Positions 49,715 through 59,178 of a DNA stretch of 64,000 bases are shown here, in pieces. Under the pieces are notes generated by a model. It did not search any database. It had not been told where the DNA came from and saw only the letters and a program-made list of their open reading frames with translations. The stretch comes from Longimicrobiales bacterium (GTDB lineage Bacteria; Gemmatimonadota; Gemmatimonadetes; Longimicrobiales; Gaopeijiaceae), in contig OZ220732.1 in assembly GCA_965116905.1 (NCBI GenBank), positions 1,824,001 to 1,888,000 on the forward strand, read 5' to 3'. Position 1 is the stretch's first letter. Each line of letters begins with the position of its first letter. The position numbers and the translations under genes are program-made.

Positions 49715-51010
49715 TCACCCCAGGGACTGAAGCCTGCTCTCGATCCACGCCACCATCTCGCCCGGCACGCTTGCCCGGCGGGCATGCCGCCGCCAGTCCC
49801 CCACCTCCGCCGCCACCTGTTCGACGATCTCCCGGCCACCCTTCGGCACGTCGAACATTTCTCCCACTTCGAGCAGATCGCGTCGGCTGATCGCCTGGAA
49901 CTTTCCGTTCACCGACATCTGATGCTGGCGCGTCCACGCGTCGTTTTCGGCATAGGTCACGTCGTACGCGGGGGCGAGGCGCCACCTGCCCGCCGGATTC
50001 ATCAGGAAGCCGAAGTTCTTGACGTGGTCGTCGAAGTTCACGGTGGCCACGGTAAAGACCATGCGCCTGAATGCCTCGTTCACCGAGCGCTGTCCGAGCC
50101 CGATGGCGCGCATGGTGTCGAACCAGCCCTCGTAGCTGAAGACGTACTGGTCGTTGAAGTCGACGTGCTGCAGTCCTCCCAGGCTGTGGAAATGAAAGCG
50201 CCGGAAGGAGCCGGTCGCCTCGTCCGGTGCACGGTCGAAGCGCCGCACCATGAAGTGCGCCCGGTCTCCGTCGCGGAAGAGATGCGTCTCGGGCATCTCG
50301 ATCCCCGCCTCCCTCGCCATGCACGAATAGGCGTATTCGATACGCCCCCACGGTCCCGGCCCCCCGGCGGCAACCATGCCCTGTCCCGCGGCCTCCCTGG
50401 TCACCCCGTCGAACTTGATGAGCCATGGTTCGTCGCCGGACCGCGGCGACGCGAATCCCGAGCGCACCTGGCCGGTCCCGCGGTTCCAGAGAATCAGTGC
50501 CTTCGCCCGCGCGCCCCCCGCACTGCCCCCCACCTGCATGATCTCCGGTACCGCCACCGACACGTCCCCCTCGATCACTCGGCGGGCCTGATCCACGAGT
50601 TCCCTTACCTCAAGGGCCTCTTCGGTACCTGGTCCGGGATCCAGGGGAGGGCGGAACTCCAGTGCGCCCATGGCGCGATCGCCGATGTACAGAAGCCTCT
50701 GCAACGGGGACAGCGCGTCGTCCGGCTGCTCTCGGGCCTCAAAGTACCGGCGGATGACGGCGTTTCCGAACTGGTCCGGCAGCGCATCGGCGAACACGCC
50801 CGGCAGACCGGCGAATGCGGGCTTGCGCGCCAGTTCCGGAAAGGACACCGGGCCTTCGCGGCTGGTGGGAAGGTGGATCGGCGAGATTTCGAGGTCGGAG
50901 GCCCGGAACCGGGGGTCGTATTCGAAGGTGATTCGTCCGTCGGGACCCTCTCGGAGCATCCCGGCCTCACGCCCCCAGATCCAGACGCGAACCCTGACAT
51001 CACCAGTCAC
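49715..51010 (-). CDS. hipA: HipA-family kinase toxin
   Basis: DALPD.FG, GGSAGGARAK, LIKFD, RRFDR, DDHVKNF and LAPAYD. Confidence 0.88.
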   Translation of the reverse strand: MTGDVRVRVWIWGREAGMLREGPDGRITFEYDPRFRASDLEISPIHLPTSREGPVSFPELARKPAFAGLPGVFADALPDQFGNAVIRRYFEAREQPDDALSPLQRLLYIGDRAMGALEFRPPLDPGPGTEEALEVRELVDQARRVIEGDVSVAVPEIMQVGGSAGGARAKALILWNRGTGQVRSGFASPRSGDEPWLIKFDGVTREAAGQGMVAAGGPGPWGRIEYAYSCMAREAGIEMPETHLFRDGDRAHFMVRRFDRAPDEATGSFRRFHFHSLGGLQHVDFNDQYVFSYEGWFDTMRAIGLGQRSVNEAFRRMVFTVATVNFDDHVKNFGFLMNPAGRWRLAPAYDVTYAENDAWTRQHQMSVNGKFQAISRRDLLEVGEMFDVPKGGREIVEQVAAEVGDWRRHARRASVPGEMVAWIESRLQSLG

Positions 51011-51317
51011 GACTCCGCCTCGACGCACGGCGCCTGATCTTCCCTCTCAGCCTCTCGACATCGTACGGGGACACTTCGGGCACGGGGACAAGCGCCTCGA
51101 ACGCCTGCAGCCGGCCCAGCGCACGCATGATCTGCACCAGGTTCCCGGTTCCGACGCTGTGGCCCGCTTCCAGGCGGTTGATCGTGCGCGGGCTGACTCC
51201 GGCGTCGGCGGCAAGGTCGCTGACCCGGCGATTCTGCTGCAGCCGGAGCGCCTTCAGCCGCGCGCCCACTTCGCGAAGCACATCCGGGGTCCGGCTTGTG
51301 GCGACGATCGCTTTCAT
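51000..51317 (-). CDS. XRE-family HTH antitoxin (HipB-like)
   Basis: LKALRLQQN....LAADAGVS.RTINRLEAG; overlaps the hipA start. Confidence 0.8.
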   Translation of the reverse strand: MKAIVATSRTPDVLREVGARLKALRLQQNRRVSDLAADAGVSPRTINRLEAGHSVGTGNLVQIMRALGRLQAFEALVPVPEVSPYDVERLRGKIRRRASRRSRDW

Positions 51318-51375
51318 GGCCCGGCAACCTCCTTCCACGACAAAGGTAACCGGGGAGGTGCGGGAATGTCTATAG

Positions 51376-51464
51376 CGTCATATACGGCGTATCATGGTCT
51401 GTACTGGTGTTAGCACGCCATATACGGCGGTATGCTACATTAAGGCGGAACGCCACATGCGGCA
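51376..51464. promoter_or_regulatory. Three quasi-palindromic operator-like repeats upstream of the HTH-hipA operon
   Basis: CGTCATATACGGCG (51376), CGCCATATACGGCG (51416), CGCCACATGCGGCA (51451). Confidence 0.65.
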
Positions 51465-51478
51465 TCATGGCCCAAGCC

Positions 51479-53233
51479 TCAAGCGGCTTTGTTTCCGACC
51501 GGGTCCACGCGCACGGTCACGATGTCGGTGTCGTGGTACTTCTGGTGCCGCACGGCCGTCGCGATGTGGCGCAGGAGGCGCAGGGAGAAATCGCGCTCGA
51601 CCGGGACCTCCGTCACGCTCCCGCCGATGAAGGCCATGCGGTCCTCGATGTTGCCCTCGCCCGCGGCGGCGAGGAACTCGAGTTCGGCTCCGCCCCCCTC
51701 GGCACGCGCCGTAACCCGAAGGCGCCTCACTCCGAAGGCGTCGTCCTCGGCGACCTGGTCCAGGACGATCAGCAACGTCTCCTCGGCCGCCAGCCCCAGC
51801 CTTCGCGCCATCTCGTCGCCCAGTCCGGTACGCGCGGCAAAGTCCTCCAGGAACTCCTGGATCTTCGGCTGGGCCTCGATGTCCAGCGTGGTCTCGATGC
51901 GCCGCCGTCGCGGTCCGGCAAGCTCCATGAACGCGGAGAGCAGGATCGCGGTCAGGCCGCCCGAGGTCATCCCGTTCTCCAGCAGCTGTCCCGCCCAGTT
52001 CCCGAAGTACTCGGACGGGATCTGGCCGCTCTGAAAGCCCGCCCCGATCCAGAACGAGACGCCGATGATCGTGGCCTTGCGGTAGTCGATTCCGTCCTGG
52101 GTGACCATCTCCAGGCCGAGCACGAAGAGGATCGCGATCAACACGATGATGTAGGCGCCGACGACCGGGTTCGGAATGGCCAGGAGCACGGCGGTGGCCT
52201 TGGGGAAGAATGCCAGCGCGATGAACGTGAGCCCGATGCAGACGCCCACGCGCCGCGCGGCGATCCCGGTGATCTCGACGATGGAGACGCTGTTGGAGTA
52301 GGTCGTGTTGGGGACCGTGGCGAGGAGCCCCGACAGGAGGTTGCCCACGCCGTCGGCGGCCACGGCGCCCTGGACCGCGCGGAAGTCGGTCGCGCGGCGT
52401 CGCCGCCAGGAAACCCGCTGGATCGCCATCCCGTCCCCGATGGTCTCGATGGCGCCGACGAGCGTGACGAAGACGAAGGCCGGCAGCATCGTCCAGAACT
52501 CGGGGCTCAGGCGGAGGTCGAACCCCGGCCACCCCGCCGCCGGCACACCGAACCAGAGCGCGTCGCCCACGATGCCGGTGTCGTAGATGCCGTACCCGGC
52601 CGCGACCAGGCACCCCCCGGCGGCGCCGACCACCGAGCCCCACAGGCGCAGTGCTCCTCTGGCCCGCAACACGATCAGGATCGTGATGACCATCGTCGCC
52701 AGCGCGGTCATGGGGGCGGCTTCCGGCGCGGCGCCCTCGGGTGCCTGGAAGACGAGGTCGAAGCCGATGGGCATGACCGTGACCGCAATCAGCATGATCA
52801 CCGTGCCCGCCACCGTGGGCGTGATGACGCGCCGGAGCAGCGACAGCCGCGACGAGATCAGGAACTGGAAGAGCGACGACGCCACGATGAGGGTGGCGAG
52901 CAGCGCGGGGCCTCCGCGTTCGAGCGCCGCCACGGACACCGCGATGAAGACTCCGGACGTCCCCATGAGCAGGATGTACCCGGCCCCGATCCGGCCGCCG
53001 ATGGGCTTCGCCTGGATCAGCGTCGAGATCCCGCAGACGATCAGCACCGCGAATGCCGCCCACGTGAGGTAGGTCTCGCTGCCGCCCCCCGCGCGCACCA
53101 CGATCGCCACCGTGATGACGATCCCCGCGATGTTCAGCAGGATGTACTGGAAGGCGAGCCCGAACGATACCGGGTAGCTGGGGGTCTCGTCGGCCTGGAA
53201 GCGGAGGCCCTGCCGCGTGTCGGGAGAGGTCAT
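51479..53233 (-). CDS. NCS2 (xanthine/uracil permease family) transporter fused to a degenerate HATPase-like domain
   Basis: TP.VAGTVIMLI, ETIGD, ADG.GN, PNTTYS and FPK motifs; about 140-aa soluble C-terminal domain. Confidence 0.8.
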   Translation of the reverse strand: MTSPDTRQGLRFQADETPSYPVSFGLAFQYILLNIAGIVITVAIVVRAGGGSETYLTWAAFAVLIVCGISTLIQAKPIGGRIGAGYILLMGTSGVFIAVSVAALERGGPALLATLIVASSLFQFLISSRLSLLRRVITPTVAGTVIMLIAVTVMPIGFDLVFQAPEGAAPEAAPMTALATMVITILIVLRARGALRLWGSVVGAAGGCLVAAGYGIYDTGIVGDALWFGVPAAGWPGFDLRLSPEFWTMLPAFVFVTLVGAIETIGDGMAIQRVSWRRRRATDFRAVQGAVAADGVGNLLSGLLATVPNTTYSNSVSIVEITGIAARRVGVCIGLTFIALAFFPKATAVLLAIPNPVVGAYIIVLIAILFVLGLEMVTQDGIDYRKATIIGVSFWIGAGFQSGQIPSEYFGNWAGQLLENGMTSGGLTAILLSAFMELAGPRRRRIETTLDIEAQPKIQEFLEDFAARTGLGDEMARRLGLAAEETLLIVLDQVAEDDAFGVRRLRVTARAEGGGAELEFLAAAGEGNIEDRMAFIGGSVTEVPVERDFSLRLLRHIATAVRHQKYHDTDIVTVRVDPVGNKAA

Positions 53234-54546
53234 GGGTGGCCGTCGATGGCGGCTCGATGGCGCTCGAGGAACGTCTCGAACGCGCGGGCCAGCCTGTCAC
53301 AGTCCTCGTTGTCGTGGGCGAGTGAAACCGAGATGAAGCCGCGGCGCGCGATCCACAGGCCGGCAAGCAGCATCTCGAGGTGGAAGAGGTCGCGAGCGGG
53401 GGCGGGCGTCGCGGCCAGGTCGGAGTGACGGCGGATCGGCGTGCGCTGGAAGTGCACGTTCATGATCGACCCCCGGCCGGTCACCTGCGCGGGTGCGTCC
53501 AGCCGGGTCGCAACGGCGTTCAGGGCGTCGCGCAGTTCATCGCCGCGACGGTTGAGCGTGCGCACCGCCGCGGGCGTGAGCACGTCGCGCAGCCCTGCCA
53601 GGCCCGCGGCCATCGTGAGGGCATTGTTGTTATGCGTGCCGGGGTGGCTGAAATGATCCGGACGGCGCGGGTCGAACCGGTCCATGAGGTCGGCTCGGCC
53701 ACCGAACGCCCCGAAGGAAGCGCCGCCGCCCAGGTATTTGCCGAGGGTCGTCAGGTCCGCGTGGATGCCGAGCAGCTCCTGGAGTCCGCCCGGCGCAAGG
53801 CGCGAGGTCTGCACCTCGTCGAAGATCAGCAGTGCACCGGTGCGCTCCGTGGCGTCCCGCAGCTTGCTCAGGAACGGCCGCGTCCCGGGAATGCAGCCGC
53901 CTCCGCCGAGCATGGGTTCGACGAGCACGCACGCCAGTTCGTCCCCGTGCGTCTCGATCAGCGACCGTGCCGACCCCACGTCGTTGTATTCGCCGACGAT
54001 CCAGCGGAATGGGAGGTTGAGCCGCCGATCCGTCCCGGTGAAGCTCAGGGGACCGCCGTGGTATGCTCCGTCGAACACGAGGACCGTGTCGCGTTCCGTG
54101 ACCGCCCGCGCGAGGCTCACGGCCATCAGGTTCGCCTCGGTCCCCGAGTTCGTGAACCGCACGCGCTCGACCGACGGAAAGCGCCTACAGATCAGCTCCG
54201 CGAATTCCTGCTGGTTCGGGGTGGGGCCGCCGAGCGTGAGGCCGCCCTCGGCCGCAGTCGCGATCGCGGTCCGGATCACCGGATTCGAGTGGCCGTAGAG
54301 GCCGGCCGTGTGGTCGTTCAGGAAGTCGACGAACTCGTGCCCGTCGAGGTCCTGGAGCCTGGCGCCCTCGCCCCGGACGATCGTCACCGGGAAGGGCGCG
54401 TAGTGGTTGACGGTGCGCGTGTCCCCGCCGGGAAGGAATCCCGTGGACCGCTCGAAGCTGGCCTGGCTCAGTGGGTTCGCCGCCGTGTACCGGGCGGCCG
54501 CCTCGGAGGTGAGATCCTGCAGGGTCGGCGTGATTACCGGAGTCAT
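53230..54546 (-). CDS. Class III PLP aminotransferase (GSA-aminomutase / beta-amino-acid transaminase-like)
   Basis: LPGGDTR, RFTNSGTEAN, FDGAYHG, LIFDEVQT and TLGKYLGGG. Confidence 0.85.
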   Translation of the reverse strand: MTPVITPTLQDLTSEAAARYTAANPLSQASFERSTGFLPGGDTRTVNHYAPFPVTIVRGEGARLQDLDGHEFVDFLNDHTAGLYGHSNPVIRTAIATAAEGGLTLGGPTPNQQEFAELICRRFPSVERVRFTNSGTEANLMAVSLARAVTERDTVLVFDGAYHGGPLSFTGTDRRLNLPFRWIVGEYNDVGSARSLIETHGDELACVLVEPMLGGGGCIPGTRPFLSKLRDATERTGALLIFDEVQTSRLAPGGLQELLGIHADLTTLGKYLGGGASFGAFGGRADLMDRFDPRRPDHFSHPGTHNNNALTMAAGLAGLRDVLTPAAVRTLNRRGDELRDALNAVATRLDAPAQVTGRGSIMNVHFQRTPIRRHSDLAATPAPARDLFHLEMLLAGLWIARRGFISVSLAHDNEDCDRLARAFETFLERHRAAIDGHP

Positions 54547-54603
54547 GATGGGATAATCGGTGCCAACTGGCGGGAATCGCAAGCCGGGGGATGATGTCCA
54601 CCG

Positions 54604-56391
54604 CTAGCCTGCCGGATCCACCCTCACGGTCACCACATCGATGTCCTCGTACTTGTGGTGCTGCACCGAGGTCGCCAGGTGGCGCAGCAGCCGCAACGAG
54701 AACTCGTGCTCCTCGGCGGTGTCGACCGCGTGTGTGCCGACGACTGCCAGGTGATCCTCGATGTTGCCCTCGGTGCCTCCGGCCAGGAACTCCAGTTCGG
54801 CGCCTCCCGACTCGGGTCGCGCGGTGAGCCGCACCCGACGCTGGCCGGTCTGGCCGTTCTGGCCGCTCTGGCCGCTGGAGCGCGCCTCGTCCCCCTCGCC
54901 TTCGTCCGTCTCTCCGATCAGCAGCAACAGCGTCTCCTCGGCCGCGTGCGCCAACCGGTTGGCCATCCGGTCCCCCAACCCCCGGCGGCTGGCGAAGTCT
55001 TCCAGAAAGCGGGTGATCTTCGGCAGGGAATCCACCTGCAACGCCGTCTGCATGCGCATGCGCCGCGGCCCGGTCAGCTCCGTGAACGCGGTCAGGACGA
55101 GCGCGGTCAGGCCGCCCGAGGTCATCCCGTTGCTCAGCAGCTGTTGCAGGAACGGGGCCAGCCCGTCGGTGGGAATCTGGCCGCTCTGGCAGCCGACACC
55201 GACCCAGAACGAGAACCCGACCACCGTGGCCTTGCGGTAGTCCATGCCGTCCTGCAGCACGATCCTGGTGCCCAGCATGAACAGCACGGCGATGATCACC
55301 ATCGCGTAGGCGCCGAGCACCGGATCCGGGATCACCAGCAGCACCTGCGTCACCTTCGGAAGGAAGGCGAGCACGCAGAAGATCACGCCGATGCACACGC
55401 CGACCCGCCGCGAGGCGATCCCCGTGATCTCGACCACCGAAACGCTGCTCGAATAGGTGGTGTTCGGCACCGTGGAGAACAGCCCGGAAAGCAGGTTGCC
55501 GAAGCCGTCCGCGGCCACGGCTCCCTGAACGGCCCGGTAGTCGGTGGCTCGCCGCTCGCGCCACGAGACCTTCTGGATCCCCACCGCGTCTCCGATCGTC
55601 TCGATCGCCCCCACCAGGGTCACGAAGGTGTAGGCGGGCAGTATGGCCCAGAACGCGGGACCGAAGTCGAACCCCATACCCGGCCAGCCCGCGAGCGGCA
55701 CGCCGACCCACATGGCCTCGCGGATCGGTGCGCCGTCCAGCAGCCCGAAGAACGACGCTGCGATGACCCCGGCGACGATCCCGATCAACGGCCCCCAGAG
55801 CCGAACCGGGCCACTGAACTTCAGCATCACCGCCAGCGTCACCGCCAGCGTCGCCATCACCGTGACCGGTGCCGCGAGGGGTCCGCTGTCCTCCGGCACG
55901 TTGTCCATGAAGTCGAAGAGGAACGGCATCACGTTGACCGCGATCAGCATGATCACGGTGCCCGCCACCGTCGGCGTCAGGATCCGCCGCAGAATCGCCA
56001 GCCGTCCCGCAAGCAGGAACTGGAAGAGCGACGACACGATGATCAGCGTGGCCAGCAGACCCGGTCCCCCCTGCTGTAGCGCCGCCACCGACACCGCGAT
56101 GAACGCCCCCGACGTGCCCATCATCAGCACGTATCCCGATCCCAGTCGGCCCACGCGCCGGGACTGCAGCATGGTGGCCACCCCGCTTACGAAAAGCGCG
56201 CCGAAGGCTCCCCAGGCCAGGTATGCCGCGCTGCTCTCCGCGCTGCGCAGCACGATCGCGACGGTGAGCACGACCCCCCCGATCGCCAGCACCGAGTACT
56301 GAAGGGCAAGCCCGGCGGCCAGCGGCCAGGGTGGTCTTTCGTCGGGTTCGTAGCGGACGCCGTGCGCGGCCCTGCCTGGCTCGGATGCCAT
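54604..56391 (-). CDS. NCS2 transporter fused to a degenerate HATPase-like domain (paralog 2)
   Basis: Collinear and highly similar to 51479-53233. Confidence 0.8.
   Translation of the reverse strand: MASEPGRAAHGVRYEPDERPPWPLAAGLALQYSVLAIGGVVLTVAIVLRSAESSAAYLAWGAFGALFVSGVATMLQSRRVGRLGSGYVLMMGTSGAFIAVSVAALQQGGPGLLATLIIVSSLFQFLLAGRLAILRRILTPTVAGTVIMLIAVNVMPFLFDFMDNVPEDSGPLAAPVTVMATLAVTLAVMLKFSGPVRLWGPLIGIVAGVIAASFFGLLDGAPIREAMWVGVPLAGWPGMGFDFGPAFWAILPAYTFVTLVGAIETIGDAVGIQKVSWRERRATDYRAVQGAVAADGFGNLLSGLFSTVPNTTYSSSVSVVEITGIASRRVGVCIGVIFCVLAFLPKVTQVLLVIPDPVLGAYAMVIIAVLFMLGTRIVLQDGMDYRKATVVGFSFWVGVGCQSGQIPTDGLAPFLQQLLSNGMTSGGLTALVLTAFTELTGPRRMRMQTALQVDSLPKITRFLEDFASRRGLGDRMANRLAHAAEETLLLLIGETDEGEGDEARSSGQSGQNGQTGQRRVRLTARPESGGAELEFLAGGTEGNIEDHLAVVGTHAVDTAEEHEFSLRLLRHLATSVQHHKYEDIDVVTVRVDPAG
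54841..54876. repeat. In-frame 9-bp tandem repeat x4
   Basis: CTGGCCGGT CTGGCCGTT CTGGCCGCT CTGGCCGCT (SGQSGQNGQTGQ); absent from paralog 1. Confidence 0.8.
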
Positions 56392-56536
56392 GGATGAGTC
56401 CCTTGTGCGGGAGTTGGTGAGTTGCCCGCACCACAGTCGGGGCGAGAGGTACCGCGTTGTCAAGATCCATGTGGATTCCCGCGCATCAGCCTCGCTCCAC
56501 CCGATCACTCCTGCCCGGATACACGGTGAACATGGA

Positions 56537-59131
56537 TCAGCTCATGCCCGAAACCGTCGCCGCGTCGTCGTCCGCCCCCTTCACGAACCGGTCGAACCAG
56601 TCGATCCAGCGGGCCCACATGTCGAGGTTGGTCTCGATCGCGCGCGGCGTGTGCGACTCGAAGGGGTATTCGTACAGCACCGCCGTCTTTCCGAGCCCGG
56701 TCAGCGCCTGGATCAACCGCTGCGACTGGACGGGGTACGTGCCCGAGTTGTTGTCGTCGGCCCCGTGATATAGCAGCAGCGGGGTGTTGATCTGGTCCGC
56801 CTTGAAGAACGGCGACATCTCCATGTAGATGTGCGGCGCTTCCCAGATGTCGCGCGGTTCGGCCTGGAATCCCATCGGCGTGAGCGACCGGTTGTAGGCA
56901 CCGTTGCCGGCGATCCCGGCCTTGAAGAACGGCGTGTGCGCGAGGAAGTTGGCGGTCGCGAAGGCCCCGTAGCTGTGCCCTCCGTGCCCGATCCGGTCCA
57001 TGTCGATCATGCCCAGCCCGTCGACGGCGCGGATCGCCGCGTACATCCCGTCGACCATGTTCGAGATGTAATAGTCGTTGTAGTTCTCGCCGACGATGGG
57101 GATGTCGGGATACACCAGCGCGTACCCCTGGGTGAGCCAGAGGTCCGACCACCGCAGCCAGGTGAGCCGAGTGTGCGCGTTGTGGTTGCGTGCGCGAATG
57201 GTGGCGTTGGCGAAGTCGTCCTCGCTCCGGTACTCCCGCGGATAGGTCCAGAAGATGGCGGGCACCTTCGTCCCCTCCACGTAGTCGACCGGCAGCGAAA
57301 CCCGCCCCTGAATCTCGAGGCCGTCACGGCGGGTGAACTCGAAGTCGATGCGGCGAGCGGCGGTGAGTTGCGGGAAGGGATCCACGTTGCGGGTCAGGTT
57401 GTCCATCGTGCCGCCCGGGGTGGTGCCACCCGTGCCCCGCGTCCACAGGTGGCTGTCCGGGAACAGGTTCTTGCCCTCGCGGCTGACGATCATGCGCTCC
57501 AGATCCGGGTCGAGCGGCACCAGCGGCTGGTCGAAGGTGTCGCGCGAGCCCTCGAAGAGCCGCTCCGTCATGCCATCGGCGATGGACAGGCGATCCACGA
57601 AGGGCCGCGGCCGGAAGTCCTCCGTCCATCCGGCGCCGCGCAGATACGCGCTCTCCCCGTTCGACGACACCCAGGCGTGCTCGATCCCGTTGCCGGAGCG
57701 CGCCGTCAGCAGGTCGCCGGGGAGCGCCAGTGCGTCGCCCGGGTCATGGAACGGCACCAGCGTGCGGCCCTCGGCAGGGGCGGGCCGCGGAGTGTCCGCC
57801 GAATCCAGCGCGTAGTGGACGATCGCGTCCTCGCCCTCACGGCTGACCGACGCGAACGCATGACGCCCGTCTCGCGAGTAGGCAACCGAGGTGATGCGGT
57901 GCTCGCTACGGGCGATCTCGATTGCGTCCCCGTCTCCGTAGGGTGGGGGAAGGAGCATGATGCGGTCCCCACGGGACCTGTCTGCGCCCTCGGCCTCGTC
58001 ATCGCTGCCGGCCCCGGCCTCGCCGGCGGCGACGCGATGGAGGTACGCGATCCCGCTGCCGTCGGGACGCCAGCGCCAGTCGCGCGGGCCATCCTGCGTC
58101 CCTCCGCCCCTGCCTTCACGCAGTTCACGCTCTTCCAGCATGGCCAGGACCGCGCCCGTCGCGATGTCCAGAACCTCGGTCACGCGCGGGAACCCCGTGT
58201 AGCTGTTGATGAAGGTGAAGGGACGCTCGATCCGCGTAGCGATCAGGTGGCGCCCGTCGGGGCTGAGCGAGATGGACTCGTACATTCCCGGCCCACCGAT
58301 CGGGCGGGCGGCCCGGCCCGGCGCCTGCTCCACGATCTGGCTGCGCGTGTAGTGTTCGAACAGGTCGGCGTCGTGGTCGTCCTGGAGCAGGAACGGCATG
58401 GTGCGATTGGGTGTGGCGGTGTCGCGTGTATGGCGGATGGTCGGGCCGGAGGGAAGGGCGGGTGCCGGTGGCGATGCCGCGCGGTCGTGCGGCGCGGCCA
58501 GCGTGATGAGCGAACCCGAGGGCGTCCACTGCAGCATGCGCGAGGGGGCGGACCCCTGGCCGCGCGAGGATGTCCCGATGCTCGTGATCACGTGGGTGTC
58601 GCCGGCGGGGCGAACCGAGCCGTCGCCGGGCGAGGCGATCCAGACCTGCGTTGCGTCGTCGAGGTGCGCCAGGAAGGCAAGCTGCGACCCGTCCGGCGAC
58701 CACATGAGGTCGCTGACGTAGACGCCCTCCGGCAGTTCAGCATCGGTGAAGGAGCGGTCGGAGAGCGAGAAGAAGCGCAGACCGTACAGGCCGTAGATGT
58801 CCAGGTGCCACGGGCGGTCGGTGCGGGGGCGGATCTCGAGCATCCCGAGACGGAGGGTCTCCTCTCCGACTTCCGCCAGGGTCGAAAGCTCGGTCGAGAG
58901 CGGGATGACGAAGTGGTCGCCGTCCGGGCTGATATGATTCAGGGTGGCGAAATTGGGGTCCGCTGCGAACAGGCCGGCGACAGGGTCGGGCGGCAGGATG
59001 TAGCCGGGTTCAGGATCGAGGCGCTCTCCCGGCGGGATCGGGCCCTGGGCGGACAGCGCGGACGCGACGAAGAGCGGGATCGTGACGGTGGGCAGGCACG
59101 GGAAAACGCGAAGGGCTTGGAGCGTGGTCAT
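56537..59131 (-). CDS. S9 family peptidase (glutamyl-endopeptidase-like)
   Basis: WTYPREY, GGHSYGAF, AYNRSLTP.GFQ.E, DNNSGTYP.QS and PFESH. Confidence 0.85.
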   Translation of the reverse strand: MTTLQALRVFPCLPTVTIPLFVASALSAQGPIPPGERLDPEPGYILPPDPVAGLFAADPNFATLNHISPDGDHFVIPLSTELSTLAEVGEETLRLGMLEIRPRTDRPWHLDIYGLYGLRFFSLSDRSFTDAELPEGVYVSDLMWSPDGSQLAFLAHLDDATQVWIASPGDGSVRPAGDTHVITSIGTSSRGQGSAPSRMLQWTPSGSLITLAAPHDRAASPPAPALPSGPTIRHTRDTATPNRTMPFLLQDDHDADLFEHYTRSQIVEQAPGRAARPIGGPGMYESISLSPDGRHLIATRIERPFTFINSYTGFPRVTEVLDIATGAVLAMLEERELREGRGGGTQDGPRDWRWRPDGSGIAYLHRVAAGEAGAGSDDEAEGADRSRGDRIMLLPPPYGDGDAIEIARSEHRITSVAYSRDGRHAFASVSREGEDAIVHYALDSADTPRPAPAEGRTLVPFHDPGDALALPGDLLTARSGNGIEHAWVSSNGESAYLRGAGWTEDFRPRPFVDRLSIADGMTERLFEGSRDTFDQPLVPLDPDLERMIVSREGKNLFPDSHLWTRGTGGTTPGGTMDNLTRNVDPFPQLTAARRIDFEFTRRDGLEIQGRVSLPVDYVEGTKVPAIFWTYPREYRSEDDFANATIRARNHNAHTRLTWLRWSDLWLTQGYALVYPDIPIVGENYNDYYISNMVDGMYAAIRAVDGLGMIDMDRIGHGGHSYGAFATANFLAHTPFFKAGIAGNGAYNRSLTPMGFQAEPRDIWEAPHIYMEMSPFFKADQINTPLLLYHGADDNNSGTYPVQSQRLIQALTGLGKTAVLYEYPFESHTPRAIETNLDMWARWIDWFDRFVKGADDDAATVSGMS

Positions 59132-59178
59132 GCTGGCAGTCCTGACAAGGGGGTTCGGCGAGCCTCGCTGATCGAGAT

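Larger units (their letters stand above)
33530..51470. mobile_element. Mosaic genomic/defence island built from degraded integrative elements; boundaries approximate
   Basis: Several integrase remnants, R-M, TA and DGR-related genes, orphan ORFs and long intergenic gaps between core genes. Confidence 0.75.

Noticed and set aside
33530..51470. DGR template repeat or reverse transcriptase
   Set aside because: I saw no AAC-rich copy of the VR and no RT-like ORF in the window, so an intact DGR is not called.
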